64,000 nt of DNA from Candidatus Moanibacter sp. Its GTDB lineage: Bacteria; Verrucomicrobiota; Verrucomicrobiia; Opitutales; UBA2987. The stretch spans positions 1 to 64,000 of the forward strand of contig CBDCEW010000089.1 in NCBI GenBank assembly GCA_965215885.1. Reading direction: 5' to 3'. Below are positions 1-10,690 of this stretch, piece by piece. The notes beneath the pieces are model-generated. The model saw nothing but the letters and a program-made list of their open reading frames with translations, did no database searches and was not told where the DNA came from. Position 1 is the first letter of the stretch; every line of letters begins with the position of its first letter. Both the position numbers and the translations under genes were made by a program.

Positions 1-1046
1 TAGTGGCGCATCCCGCGAAAGGGTCGAGAACCATGTCTCCGGAATTAGACGTGGTCTTGATTATCCTTTCATACAGTGCCAGAGGCTTTTGAGTGGGATA
101 GCCTATTCTCTCCGTGGACCCTTTGGAGAGAGGCTTTATGTCGAGAATCATATCCTGAACGGGCGAGCCGCTGTGGCTGCCGAAATACCTTTTGTATCGC
201 GGGACTCCGCCTTCCTTTCTCGGCCAGTAGATCAGCCCTTGTTCGTCGAGCAAGTCCAGCCTCTTCCTCGCGCTAAGCTCGGCGTAATTCTCCGGGAAAA
301 CGAACCAGTCAGGCATCGCCCTGTCCGGTGGAACTTCCCAATGCCTTCCCTTTTCCATCGGGTCGGTCCCTCGCCACGGCATTCCGGTATCCCCCGTCCG
401 TGGTCCCGGACCAAGAAGATTGTCGACCCCGTAGCGTCCCCTATCATCCGTATATCGGTAGAACGACTCCACGTAGTCGCTCTCCAGCGGTTGCAGGACG
501 CGATTCCATGTGAGTTTCCGCCCCTTGGAATAAAACAACAAAATGCCGTGAATTGGTCCCCACCGCTTTGCTCGATTGTGGCTGGAAGTCCGTTTCCAGA
601 TCACCTCGTTCCGAAAATTCCTCATTCCGAAAATGGCATCCATCAGTCCCTTCAAATAATGGGAAGCGGTCGGGTCGCAATGCAGATAGATGCTTCCCGT
701 GGACTTCAATACCCTATGCATAGCCAACAGACGAACAGCCATGAAGCAAAGGAACGCGGCCATGTCGTCGTCGTAGCTTGAACGCGAACCCTGCACGACG
801 TTCATCACGTTTGGATGGTCGTCCGTTATCTGGTCGATCCAATCCTGATGCACATCCTGTTCCCATGACCATCGGTCGTGGAACTTCGCACCAGCGGCGA
901 GGCTATCCGGAGTGGCGTGGAAGTCTCGCCCCTTGTTGAATGGCGGGTCCCGTGGCTATGAGGTCGACGGACCCGCTGTTCATCGCCCGCATGAAATCAA
1001 GATTATCGCCGTGGAACAGAGTCCGGTTTTTCCAGTTCGGCTTCAT
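1..1046 (-). pseudogene. Beta-class amino (N6A/N4C) DNA methyltransferase, frameshifted, runs off left edge
   Basis: Manual translation: MKPNWKNRTLFHGDNLDFMRAMNSGSVDLIAT, then an extra G at 949-951, then DPPFNKG...GSIYLHCD...YPTQKP...VLDPFAGCAT. AAGGA RBS upstream. Confidence 0.85.
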
Positions 1047-1249
1047 GTCTTCGGCATCCTTTTCGAGGCAGCAACCTAGACCGTTGTCAATTTGGCGTCA
1101 ATCATGAGTGTGGAGTCAACGATATAATTCTCAATATTTAACCCGCCCCGCCGTGGTTACTTAAGTATATAATTCCCTATTTTTAGGACAATTTTATAAT
1201 AATATTTGTCTCAAAAATCTCAGAGTTCCGGGCCCCCTCGACCACCGAA

Positions 1250-2518
1250 TCAAAGATTCTTGGGCAGCAGGTATCGCCCGTCCTTCTTCTCCATCGGCGG
1301 CAGTTCCTCGCCCTTCGGGACGATCTTCCAGAACTCGTCTGCTTCCTCGACACTCTTGAGGTCGAGGTAGTGCTTGCGGCTTACAGCTTCCGAGTTGCCC
1401 GCCTGCAGGGCCGTGTCACCGACCGACCGGAAGGCCCCGACCGTCATCGAAATGAAAGTGTGCCGCATTACGTCATACGGGAGGTTACGCCCCTTGCGGA
1501 CATCGACCCAGAGGTCGCGCATGCGGCGCGGAATGATCGGATAATCCCTGATCGGGTATTTCTCCAGCCAGCGGCGGAGATTCGGCTGGAGCTTGATCGT
1601 GCGCTTCTCGTTGACTTTGGAAATTTCTGGTTCGATCAGGATCACGTCGGTATCGAAGCGGATGTCCTGCGGGCGCAGCTTCCCGATCTCGCCGTCTTTG
1701 AAGTCGGGCCGGATGCCGGCGAACAGCGTGAGTGCGAAGTAGGGCACCATGCAGCCCGGTCGGCCCCACCACGAGCCGTCCTTGTTCTGCTTCCCGCGAT
1801 AGGTCTCCAGCCAGTACATGAATTCCTTCGCTTCCGCAGCGGACAGCGTCGCCGCCGTTCCGCGGGCTTTCTTCACCTTGAATTGAGGCACATCGAGGAT
1901 CGGATTCTCGGCGACGTATTTCTTGGCGAGGCAGTATTTGAAGAAGGTGCTCAGGTAACCGCGCCGGTTGTTCCAGGTCTTCAGGGATGGCACCGCCTTC
2001 GACCGGCCCCGCGTTTTGTCCAGGTATTCCCGTAGTTCATCGCCACGGATTTCCCCGACAATCCGTCCCGCGAAGTAATCCTTGAGGTTGTCCATCTCGA
2101 TGCTGATGGCCCGCTCCTGGCGACGGGAAATGATCCCGCGCTCAAACTCCCGGGACCTCTCATCGGTATATTCCTCCACGGCAGCTTCAACCGCCATCGT
2201 TTCGGCAGCTTCCTTGTAATGGTCGAGGAAGTATTTGACGGCGAAGGTCAACGACTTCCTCGAGTTCGACTCTTTCAGCAGATTGACCGCCGCAATCGCG
2301 TCGCGATTTTGATCATGCGTCAGGGTGGTCCAGACGGTCTGTCCTTCGGACTCTCCTTGGAGGAACTGAATTTCCAGCTCCTGACGATACGCGACCGCAT
2401 CGGATCGCGTCTTGAAATTCTTGCGGATGCTCTTGCCATCCAGCGTGCCCGACACGCGGTAAGCTTTGCCGCCGGAGGGATTCGTGAAAGGAGAGATTTT
2501 GAAACGATGCTTGGACAT
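1250..2518 (-). CDS. Tyrosine recombinase/integrase
   Basis: Motifs GIRP, YDVMRHT, GNS...KHY. Lies immediately 3' of tRNA-Asp. Start taken at MSKHRF; the ORF is open to 2569. Confidence 0.9.
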   Translation of the reverse strand: MSKHRFKISPFTNPSGGKAYRVSGTLDGKSIRKNFKTRSDAVAYRQELEIQFLQGESEGQTVWTTLTHDQNRDAIAAVNLLKESNSRKSLTFAVKYFLDHYKEAAETMAVEAAVEEYTDERSREFERGIISRRQERAISIEMDNLKDYFAGRIVGEIRGDELREYLDKTRGRSKAVPSLKTWNNRRGYLSTFFKYCLAKKYVAENPILDVPQFKVKKARGTAATLSAAEAKEFMYWLETYRGKQNKDGSWWGRPGCMVPYFALTLFAGIRPDFKDGEIGKLRPQDIRFDTDVILIEPEISKVNEKRTIKLQPNLRRWLEKYPIRDYPIIPRRMRDLWVDVRKGRNLPYDVMRHTFISMTVGAFRSVGDTALQAGNSEAVSRKHYLDLKSVEEADEFWKIVPKGEELPPMEKKDGRYLLPKNL

Positions 2519-2585
2519 GACTTTTGAAATTTGCAGATTTGATTCTGCAAATTTAAGCCATACCCGCATGAATACTAGCCTAAAA

Positions 2586-2663
<78 letters not shown>

Positions 2664-3240
2664 ACGCTTGAATTCGGGGTTGTGTGAAGTTAGAGGATAT
2701 GCGGAATGTGTCAAGTGGTGTTTGGGGAAGGAGCCAAATGACTGGATTGCTTCGTCATTCTTCCTCGCAATGACATGTTTGGACGTTCGTTGTTGGATGT
2801 TTAATCAAGCCGAGATGCGACATTAGATCACGATTGAGAGGCACGATGGGAAAGGGAAAACTGTTAGATCCTCTATGGCGGGTCATTTACCGTAATCTAA
2901 ATTCGTTCTTTCAATCAACGACCGCAGATCACGATTGAGAGCACGACAAGAGATCGCTGGGAGGGTTCGTCATCTGTCGTGATCTAAGGTCGTTCTTTGG
3001 TTGTCTCGATCCCCTTTTCCACAATCCGTGGTTTTCTAAAATCCGTGGGCTACTCTTCCTCTCATATTATTCTTCGTTTCTCATTTTTTCCTTCTGTTCA
3101 ACTTTCCGTGGTCCTCTGTGCTTCTTGGTGGATCTCTGTGACCCTCTTCCGTCTTAAAAGAAAAATCATCGAAAAGCTCCCGCTTTCCGCTACAGTGCGC
3201 ATTCGCGTGTTTATGTATTTTTCAGGAAATCGATAATTCG

Positions 3241-4257
3241 ATGAGTCCGGATCGTGTCAGAAATGGGGTGGGGAACCGGCTCCGGGTGATTCCTTCGCTG
3301 AAAATTGGACCTTTCGCGATTGCGTTGGCGCTTCAGGGAATCCTGCTTTTGGGCACCGCATTTGTTGTTGTCTTCGTTCCGAGCATGAAGACGGAGCCGG
3401 AATTCAGCACGAGGAAGACGATCTATCTGCCGCAGCGGGAGCTCGAACACCGCATGGCGGTTGCGGAACACGAACAGGCGGTCAGTCCACCGGTCATGCT
3501 GGAGAAATTGACGACTGCCGCCCTCTTGCCGGATACCCTTCCAAAGCTTCCCTCTATGCCGAGGATCGAGTACAATTTCAACGATGATTCGAATCCTGCG
3601 GCAGAGATGGATGTCCTGCTCGGTGTGTCCGGTTTGAACGCGGCTCTGAGAGCGCTGAATTCGGAGACTTCGAGGGCATCTCTTTTCGGTATCGAAGATT
3701 CGGGAGAGCGTATCCTCCTTCTTTTCGATGACGGGGGTTCGGTGATTAACAAAGCGCGAAGGAGCGGAGTGCCGATATCTGCAATCCGAAAGGAAGCCAT
3801 AAGGGTGATCGATGGACTCAATGCGAACACCCTTTTCGGGTTGATTCGCTTTGTCCGGCGGGTTGGGACTTTTCAGGACGTTCTCGTGCCTGCCACTCGG
3901 GAGAACAAACGGATAGTTAATGAGTGGATTGAAAATAGGTTGGCCACCGGTAAGAAGAAACGCACCGATTTGACGGTTGCCGGTAGCGGCGTGGAGGCAG
4001 CTTTGGAGGTCGCCTTCCAAATGGAGCCGGATGTCATCTTTTTGCTGTCCGACGCCGATTTCCAACGTTATGCGGCGGTCACCGGGAAAGGAGAAGAGGT
4101 GCCCTGGGATGACGTTTCGGATGCCCTGAGGCGCCTGCGAAGAGAAGCGTCTAAGAACGTGCGGGTAAACTTTATCGGGTTTCAGGTAAGGGACGATGAT
4201 CGTAAGGAAATGCGCCGGCTGACGAGAAGGACGGGGGGGAAGTATCGGGAGTTTTGA
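3241..4257 (+). CDS. Membrane-anchored vWA-domain protein
   Basis: N-terminal TM helix, degenerate MIDAS (LLFDDGGS), PDVIFLLSD, VNFIGF, TGGKY. Confidence 0.75.
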   Translation: MSPDRVRNGVGNRLRVIPSLKIGPFAIALALQGILLLGTAFVVVFVPSMKTEPEFSTRKTIYLPQRELEHRMAVAEHEQAVSPPVMLEKLTTAALLPDTLPKLPSMPRIEYNFNDDSNPAAEMDVLLGVSGLNAALRALNSETSRASLFGIEDSGERILLLFDDGGSVINKARRSGVPISAIRKEAIRVIDGLNANTLFGLIRFVRRVGTFQDVLVPATRENKRIVNEWIENRLATGKKKRTDLTVAGSGVEAALEVAFQMEPDVIFLLSDADFQRYAAVTGKGEEVPWDDVSDALRRLRREASKNVRVNFIGFQVRDDDRKEMRRLTRRTGGKYREF

Positions 4258-4906
4258 TGGCTGGAATCAGGAGAACCGCGGATGGACGCAGATGGACGCT
4301 AATGGTGGAGGAAGGGTCATGGATTGGAGAAGAAGGTGTCAGGTGTCAGCTGTGACTTGCTTCGATTCGGAATAGAGTTGCCTGAGAAGCAAGAGCTGAA
4401 TTCGAAATTCGGACAGAAACGTCCTAACGGATTCCGGGATGCTTGGAGGGCCCTCCAGAGTTGCCGTAGGGATATTCGCCCGCTAAACACGCGAAAGAAC
4501 GCGAAATTGAGAGAGCCCTCTTGGTTAGAGTGGAGAAGCTTCGAGTTCATTTAGGGAAGGTTAGTGCAATGCGTGATTATTCGCGCAAAACGATTGGGGT
4601 GAAACTCTATCAATTCACGCATCTGAAACCAAGTCGGCATTAAATCTTGGACCGACAGATTTTCTATCCGTGGTACTGCGGAGCTCCCGGCGGGCCGGGA
4701 TGGGCCACTTTTCCTCTCCGTTTCTCTCTGTTTCCTCCTGTTCGATTCTCTTCTCCGTGTGAGGACCAATCCGTTCCGCTGCGGCCGAAGTATTTCTTTA
4801 AAGGAATAATATCGAAAAGCTCCCGCTTTCCGCTACATTCGCGTCAATCTGCGTGCATCTGCGGTTTTTCCCATCTTCCCGCTCAGCGGGATTCCGGTTG
4901 CGTTTT

Positions 4907-5088
4907 CTAGCCCGGACATTTCACACACTTCGTAGCGAGACGGCGCAGATCGTTGTGTGTCAATGCCTTTTCGAAGCACGGCGGGCGACAGTGTGTTGAG
5001 ACCCTCTGAGGTCGCCGGGCAAGGGAAGGCATTGACAGGCGGTGAGATCCGTCGTCGTAGTAGAAGGTTTGTGAAATGTTCGGGCTAG
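4907..5088. repeat. 182-bp CTAG-bounded imperfect palindrome (MITE-like or structured RNA)
   Basis: CTAGCCCGGACATTTCACA pairs with TGTGAAATGTTCGGGCTAG. Inner stems GTCAATGCCTT/AAGGCATTGAC and GGCGAC/GTCGCC. Confidence 0.7.
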
Positions 5089-5137
5089 TCCGCTTATTCT
5101 CCCAAGTTGGCGGACTGAGAGCAATCGAAGCGGAGAA

Positions 5138-5210
5138 TGGAGCCGAGCGGATTCGAACCGCCGACCTCTTGAGTGCGATTCAAGCGCTCTTCCAGCTGAG
5201 CTACGGCCCC
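5138..5210 (-). tRNA. tRNA-Ala(CGC), CCA not encoded
   Basis: GGGGCCGTAGCTCAGCTGGAAGAGCGCTTGAATCGCACTCAAGAGGTCGGCGGTTCGAATCCGCTCGGCTCCA. Confidence 0.95.
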
Positions 5211-5363
5211 TTCATCAAGATAGACGAGAGGGGATGGTTTAACGATTCGTTCCCGCGAGTCAAAGGAATCTGTCGGGCTCTGTTTCTGTTTAGCGTGCCG
5301 GACTGAATCTTCGGGGTCATTACTCCGAAGAACAACCACTCCTGATTCGGGCGAAAATTCCCC

Positions 5364-5438
5364 CGTTCTTGCGAACGCGGCTACTCTGCCGTACGGCAGA
5401 GTAAGTCGTTGATATTTGTAGCCGCGTTCGCAAGAACG
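5364..5438. repeat. GTAG-REP doublet (REPIN) with internal IHF-consensus site
   Basis: Perfect 21-bp IR CGTTCTTGCGAACGCGGCTAC / GTAGCCGCGTTCGCAAGAACG. TAAGTCGTTGATA at 5402-5414 is the reverse complement of WATCAANNNNTTR. Confidence 0.75.
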
Positions 5439-5821
5439 TGGGCACGGATTCCGAAGAGTCTTCACCCGAATTGACTTGGTAGTTCCCCGTCCCGGCCTGC
5501 CGGGACCGGGTCGCTGATTTTCTCAAGCATCATCGTGCGCGGAACGCCCGATCCACCGGTAGGAAGGATGTTTGAGGTGGGACCCGTCTTCGTTGCCCGA
5601 GCGCAACTACGCCGAGGCAGGCGGCCCCCTTGCCACGCCGTAGATCTGCCCAGCCGATTTCTTGGCGGTGCGCAGGCGGGTCCGGGGACGCTCGTTTCAA
5701 CTTCGAGAATAGCATAGGCAATTGCGTTCCAAATGGCGAAAGAGTTAGATACCCCGTCTTACTGTTCGGAAGGACTGCGGTGAGTATTCATTAAGTTACG
5801 CTCTGCCGCTCGGCAGAGCGA

Positions 5822-5922
5822 TTAGGAATTTGTCGGTGCTGGAATCTGCCGCGATGTGCGATCAGATCCGAATGCTGCTATTTTTCTGCGTATTCCGAAG
5901 GCTGATTCCGACAAATTCCTAG
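5822..5922. mobile_element. About 100-bp MITE-like element
   Basis: TIR TAGGAATTTGTCGG / CCGACAAATTCCTA. Its CTAG end overlaps the stop codon of the adjacent gene. Confidence 0.6.
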
Positions 5923-6608
5923 GGATCGTGAGAAATCAGCATCAGCTCCCGCCGAAGGATCTGGGCGGCTTCCTCATCGGAGGTCGCTCCCAAAGCGGAG
6001 AAGCTATGAAAATGAGTTACTCTTATTTCGATTCTTGTAAAAGGCATAGGCAGATAAAACCCGTCCCAGCTTTTGAGGCGCCGGAATTTCTCTATGGAAC
6101 CGGATACGAGCATGATTGGGGTCTCCGCCTGCTTCGCTACGCGAACGGCTCCAGGTTTGAATTCGTAACAAGGCCCGCGAGGACCATCCGGGGTCACGGC
6201 AATATCGCTCCCGTTGTTCAGGCAATTCAATAGATCTCTTGTCGCGCCCAGGGTGCGGGCGCTGCTCGAACCCCGAACCGAATCCACATTCATAAGCGAA
6301 AAGAAAGCGGCGAGCCAGGCACCATCTTTACTGGCGCTCACCAGACCGGTGACTCTCCGGTTACGACGGAAGCGACGGTAGACATTGGCGGCCATCAAGA
6401 GCCGGTTATGCCAGAGAATGATAACCATCGGTTGACTAGTATCTGAGAGGAGCTTTGCTTCATCGGGGCTTATTCGAATCCGCATGCTCGCGCACCACAA
6501 ACGGACGATTATACTTAATGGCCAGAGAGCCAGATAGCGCCAACCGGAGATTCGGTTAATCTTGCTTTCGTCCTCATCGAGGGACGGTAGATCAGGCTCT
6601 CCTGACAT
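5919..6608 (-). CDS. DUF374 / lysophospholipid acyltransferase family protein
   Basis: WHNR, SASKDG, VRGSSS and TPDGPRGP motifs. Confidence 0.9.
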   Translation of the reverse strand: MSGEPDLPSLDEDESKINRISGWRYLALWPLSIIVRLWCASMRIRISPDEAKLLSDTSQPMVIILWHNRLLMAANVYRRFRRNRRVTGLVSASKDGAWLAAFFSLMNVDSVRGSSSARTLGATRDLLNCLNNGSDIAVTPDGPRGPCYEFKPGAVRVAKQAETPIMLVSGSIEKFRRLKSWDGFYLPMPFTRIEIRVTHFHSFSALGATSDEEAAQILRRELMLISHDP

Positions 6609-6695
6609 GGAATTGATACCCTATCCTGCGTCTTATCAGATTACAGCAGAATGTTCTTTTCGGCACGCAGTCAATTGCCGGCCAGGAAAAGCGGG

Positions 6696-9476
6696 CTATC
6701 GTTGTTCCAATCGATTTACCGTTTGCACAAAACGCATACCGAGGATTCGAGCGAGATTCAGGTAGATACGAGAGGCCAGGATCGGCGCAGTGTACCTGAT
6801 TTTTACGAGCGAATCCCAGTCGATGGAGAGTAGTTTTGCATCAGTCAGGGCCACGATGTCCGCCGTTCTCCTGCTCCTCGCCACGAGGGCGATTTCAGCA
6901 AAAGCATCACCAAGCGTGAGTGCATTCAGTACCGTCTTCTTCCCATTGATATCTTTCGAAACCTCCAATTCTCCCTCGATCACAATATACATATCATTAC
7001 CCCATTCACCCTCTTTGATGATCTGCGCGCCCGCTTTGTATTCGACCATCTGCGAGAGGAGGATGAATTGCTTAACCTGTATCCGACTCATACCCTCAAA
7101 GAGTCGGGACTTCTCGCGAAGAGCTTTGCGCAGGGGAAATTCCAGAAGATCCCAGAGTGTAATCAGTCTCACGGTAGAAAGGAGGACAGGAGTCAGGATG
7201 AGGTCGGAGATAACGGCGATGCCTATTACCAGCGCACTCAGGACACCGAATTGCTGAACCGGGACGAAACTGGAAAAGGCCAGAACCAGAAATCCCCCGG
7301 CTAGCCCTAAAGAGGTGACGAGGACGGGAAGCATTTCGCTGCGAAGCGCTCTTTCGATAGCTCTCTTTTCATCTTTTAGATTCTTCAACTCCCGGTTGTA
7401 GCGCACCATGAGGTGGAGCGTGTCGTCGACTCCGATTCCCACGGTGATTGCTGCTACCATACAAGTGCCGACATTCAGCGGGATGTCGAGGATACCCATG
7501 ATGCCGAAACCGACCGCGATGGAAAAGAGGTTTGCCAGAACGGCCAGGAGCCCACAGCGCAACGAGATAAAAAGAGTCGATACGACAATAAAGAGCAGGC
7601 CCGTGATGCTACTCAAAGAGGTTGTCTGGCTGGAAACTATCTTGTCAACGGATGTCGAAACGAGAAGGGACTTGCCGGTGAGAACATAGACTTGCGGGCC
7701 GAATTTTCCACTATCGAGCATTTCGCCTATTTCAGACACCAGGGTGTTAAACCGGGTGCTGTTCGTGATGCCTGTTCTCATGACGACATTGGCCTGAGAG
7801 AAGTCGGCGTTTACAAAGGATTCAATATCGTTGCGGTGAAAAAATAGAAGGTATTGGGCAATCAGGGAGTCGTTGTCGGGAATTGAAAAGTGGCTTGGAT
7901 CACCATCGTGCATTTCCTGATTGACCAGAGAGATGTAATCGGACAGGGAGACTACCGAATCAAACTCCTCGTAGGAGCGTAATGTATTACTGATCTCGAA
8001 TAGCCCTTGCAGATTGTTATGTTCCTTAAAATCCCCGGGAGCGCCTTTTAGTGTGAGGTAAATCACCTTAGGTCCCGAAAGTTTCTCAGAGACGGTTTCT
8101 ATCCTCTTTACGAGGGTGGATCCCGGTCGGAGGAATGCCATAAGATCGTTATTTAGATCGATCTTCAATGCGAGGAAGATACTGGGTGCGGCTATGAGTA
8201 AAAAAACGGAAATGACCGTGAATGGTCGCGTGACAAGAAACCGCATAACCCAGGAAGTCAGTCTGTCCGACAGCCGCCTGGCCCAGGAGGTCTCCCTTTC
8301 ACTCCCCGTGCCCGGGCGAAAGCCGGACTCGAAAATGCGCAAGTATGCCGGAAGTAGAGTGAGGGTAGTGAGAAAACGACATCCCATGCCGAGGGCGGCT
8401 GTGATGCCGAATTCGCGCATCACCGGAATCGATGTCAACCCGGTGGCCGCGAATCCGAGGATGGTAGAACAGGCTGTCAGGAAAAGGGTGAGACCGATCT
8501 TTTGCCCTACCCGAATGATGGCGTTGGAACCGGATTCCCCCTTTAATTGCGCCTCCTGAAATTCCACCAGGAGATGAATATCTTCGGTGGCGCCCACTAC
8601 GAGAATAATGGCAGGGACCACGTAGTTAAGCATATTAACAGGAATATCGAACAGTGCAATCAGCCCGAGGGTCCAAATCGAGCCGACGATCGCATTGAGC
8701 ACTGGAACGATGGCCATGTGACGGTTTTGTAATGCAACGCCCATGAGGAAAGAAATAAGCAGGATCGTAAGGGGCATTAACAGGATTTGATCATCGACAA
8801 TGTATTCGAACATGCGTAGCTGCAGGGCCGGTGAGCCGATCTGATAAATCTTATCGAAGGTATCTTTATATTCGTCGAGGACCTCTTCGATTTCCGAAAA
8901 GATGGCACGGCTGCCTTTCAATTCTCTGGCTCCCGACGTGGTATCCGCGCCCGTCGTTACTACTGGCTGTGCCGACGAATCGCTGGACAGGTAGAGGGTC
9001 AGAAGTGTCGCCCGCCCGTCTTTGGAAATGATCGTGCGCAGAAGTATGGGGTTGCTTGTCGCTTCCCTTCTTATTTTCTGAAGAGCATCGGGGTCTTCCG
9101 GAATTTCATCGAGAAGCGGACCCACCTTCAGCCAACCGTCCTCTCCTTCGATGTGGCTGATCGTGACGAGGCTGTCTATTCTCTCAACCTCAGGGATTGC
9201 GACCAGTTTCTCGTTCAGCGACCGCAACGACTGGAGGTGATTGTGAGTGAAGAGATTATCGTCCTCCAGGTATACGGCAGCGATCGTATCCGAACCAAAC
9301 GTTTCCTTTACTCTTTCATATTCTTCCAGCAGAGGACTGTCTCTCGGTAGAAGCTGGTCTGAAGAGACGTCAACTCTTACCCGAGAACCCGAATATCCCA
9401 GGACAAGGGTTAATGCGCCAATGAGGAAAAGCGCCGGTATCGCCCTATCGTAGCTAAACTTGAGCAATCTCGACAT
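6696..9476 (-). CDS. MMPL/RND-family exporter with C-terminal cyclic-nucleotide-binding domain
   Basis: Two TM repeats (GATEDIHL, GIGVDDTLH) plus IIKEGE...FAEIAL...RRTAD cNMP signature. Confidence 0.88.
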   Translation of the reverse strand: MSRLLKFSYDRAIPALFLIGALTLVLGYSGSRVRVDVSSDQLLPRDSPLLEEYERVKETFGSDTIAAVYLEDDNLFTHNHLQSLRSLNEKLVAIPEVERIDSLVTISHIEGEDGWLKVGPLLDEIPEDPDALQKIRREATSNPILLRTIISKDGRATLLTLYLSSDSSAQPVVTTGADTTSGARELKGSRAIFSEIEEVLDEYKDTFDKIYQIGSPALQLRMFEYIVDDQILLMPLTILLISFLMGVALQNRHMAIVPVLNAIVGSIWTLGLIALFDIPVNMLNYVVPAIILVVGATEDIHLLVEFQEAQLKGESGSNAIIRVGQKIGLTLFLTACSTILGFAATGLTSIPVMREFGITAALGMGCRFLTTLTLLPAYLRIFESGFRPGTGSERETSWARRLSDRLTSWVMRFLVTRPFTVISVFLLIAAPSIFLALKIDLNNDLMAFLRPGSTLVKRIETVSEKLSGPKVIYLTLKGAPGDFKEHNNLQGLFEISNTLRSYEEFDSVVSLSDYISLVNQEMHDGDPSHFSIPDNDSLIAQYLLFFHRNDIESFVNADFSQANVVMRTGITNSTRFNTLVSEIGEMLDSGKFGPQVYVLTGKSLLVSTSVDKIVSSQTTSLSSITGLLFIVVSTLFISLRCGLLAVLANLFSIAVGFGIMGILDIPLNVGTCMVAAITVGIGVDDTLHLMVRYNRELKNLKDEKRAIERALRSEMLPVLVTSLGLAGGFLVLAFSSFVPVQQFGVLSALVIGIAVISDLILTPVLLSTVRLITLWDLLEFPLRKALREKSRLFEGMSRIQVKQFILLSQMVEYKAGAQIIKEGEWGNDMYIVIEGELEVSKDINGKKTVLNALTLGDAFAEIALVARSRRTADIVALTDAKLLSIDWDSLVKIRYTAPILASRIYLNLARILGMRFVQTVNRLEQR

Positions 9477-9805
9477 GAAATCTCCTGGGAATCGGTCTCA
9501 CTAAGTTCTCAAGCGAAAAAGTTCGAAGCGCAGTCTTACCCCTGATTGTGACGACTGTTTCAAATCGTCGGAATCGGAACCAACTTCGCTCCCGCTGAGC
9601 GGGGCTACGAAGGTCAAGAGCGGTCCTGCTACGAAGTCTTACGAGTTATTGGCATGTGTAGCTGGATCGCTTCCGATTCAGTTAAATTCCGTGTGTGATT
9701 GCGCCCTTTTAAATCGCCCCAAGCTTGTCGCAATCACATCACAATGTACACCGAAGGGACCCGAGAGTATCTTATCCCCGAACCCGACAGATGTTCCAAA
9801 AATCT

Positions 9806-10690
9806 TTATTCGAGAGTTTGCAGGGTAGCAGCGTCGTATTCCGTTTTCCAGTTGCTTATGGCCTCCTCTGAAAAGTAATCCAGCGATAGAGGGGCGTTGT
9901 AGTTACATTTCGTGACAGCGAAAATAGAAGCAGTCTTTCTCACATGGTGCTTCATTTCGAGCCTTCTGGGCAACACTAGAGAGTCGTCGGGAGGAACGGG
10001 TTCGAATTCGGAAAATACGAGTGTTTTGATGAGTTGGCTCTCGGTTTTATAGAAGTCAACTTTCAGGATCCGATAGTCTTTCCTCGATACCCAGAGTTCA
10101 CGTTTAGCATACCCACTTGATTTCTTCGCCTTGTCCGAAGCCGGGCGCGCCGTAACACGGAAGCATTGAACGTCATCGAGGTAATCATCCTGACCGCGTT
10201 CGTATTCGAAACGACTCGTATTTTCCGGCTGCAAATCTTCGAATGCGAAATCCGTTCCCATGAAATAGCCCTTTTGCCCCGACCCGGCGATTTTCCTTAC
10301 CCTGCCGAATGCAGGCATAAAGAGGTATTGCATATCTCCTTCCGCCGTGTCCGATTTGCTGAGCAGCGCCACACCTGATATCTCGGGAGGCTCCCGAAAG
10401 CGAAAGAGTGTGGCGCGGCCACCGTCTTCCGCGGTCTTGGCCAGATAGAGAACCTCCTGTGTCGTAATGTTTCCCTTGCTGTCAATAGTGACTGATTTTA
10501 TCAGTTCGACCGCTGAGGATACCTCATAACGATTCTTATTTTCCTGAATTATTTCGAGACCTGTGGTGGATCCGGCCCGAAAACCGGCTAGAAGCATCGA
10601 TAAACACGCAAGCGCGACGAATTGAGCAAAGAGCGCTGATTTTGCGGAAACCTGACTCCGCAAGAATGACCGTTTGGCTTCTGGTTGCAT
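9806..10690 (-). CDS. Outer-membrane lipoprotein-sorting (LolA-like) protein
   Basis: Signal peptide, FREPPEISG, RVRKI, FMGTDFAFED. Typical MMPL partner. Confidence 0.8.
   Translation of the reverse strand: MQPEAKRSFLRSQVSAKSALFAQFVALACLSMLLAGFRAGSTTGLEIIQENKNRYEVSSAVELIKSVTIDSKGNITTQEVLYLAKTAEDGGRATLFRFREPPEISGVALLSKSDTAEGDMQYLFMPAFGRVRKIAGSGQKGYFMGTDFAFEDLQPENTSRFEYERGQDDYLDDVQCFRVTARPASDKAKKSSGYAKRELWVSRKDYRILKVDFYKTESQLIKTLVFSEFEPVPPDDSLVLPRRLEMKHHVRKTASIFAVTKCNYNAPLSLDYFSEEAISNWKTEYDAATLQTLE

Noticed and set aside
89..781. 230-aa plus-strand ORF
   Set aside because: It is the antisense shadow of the minus-strand DNA methyltransferase.
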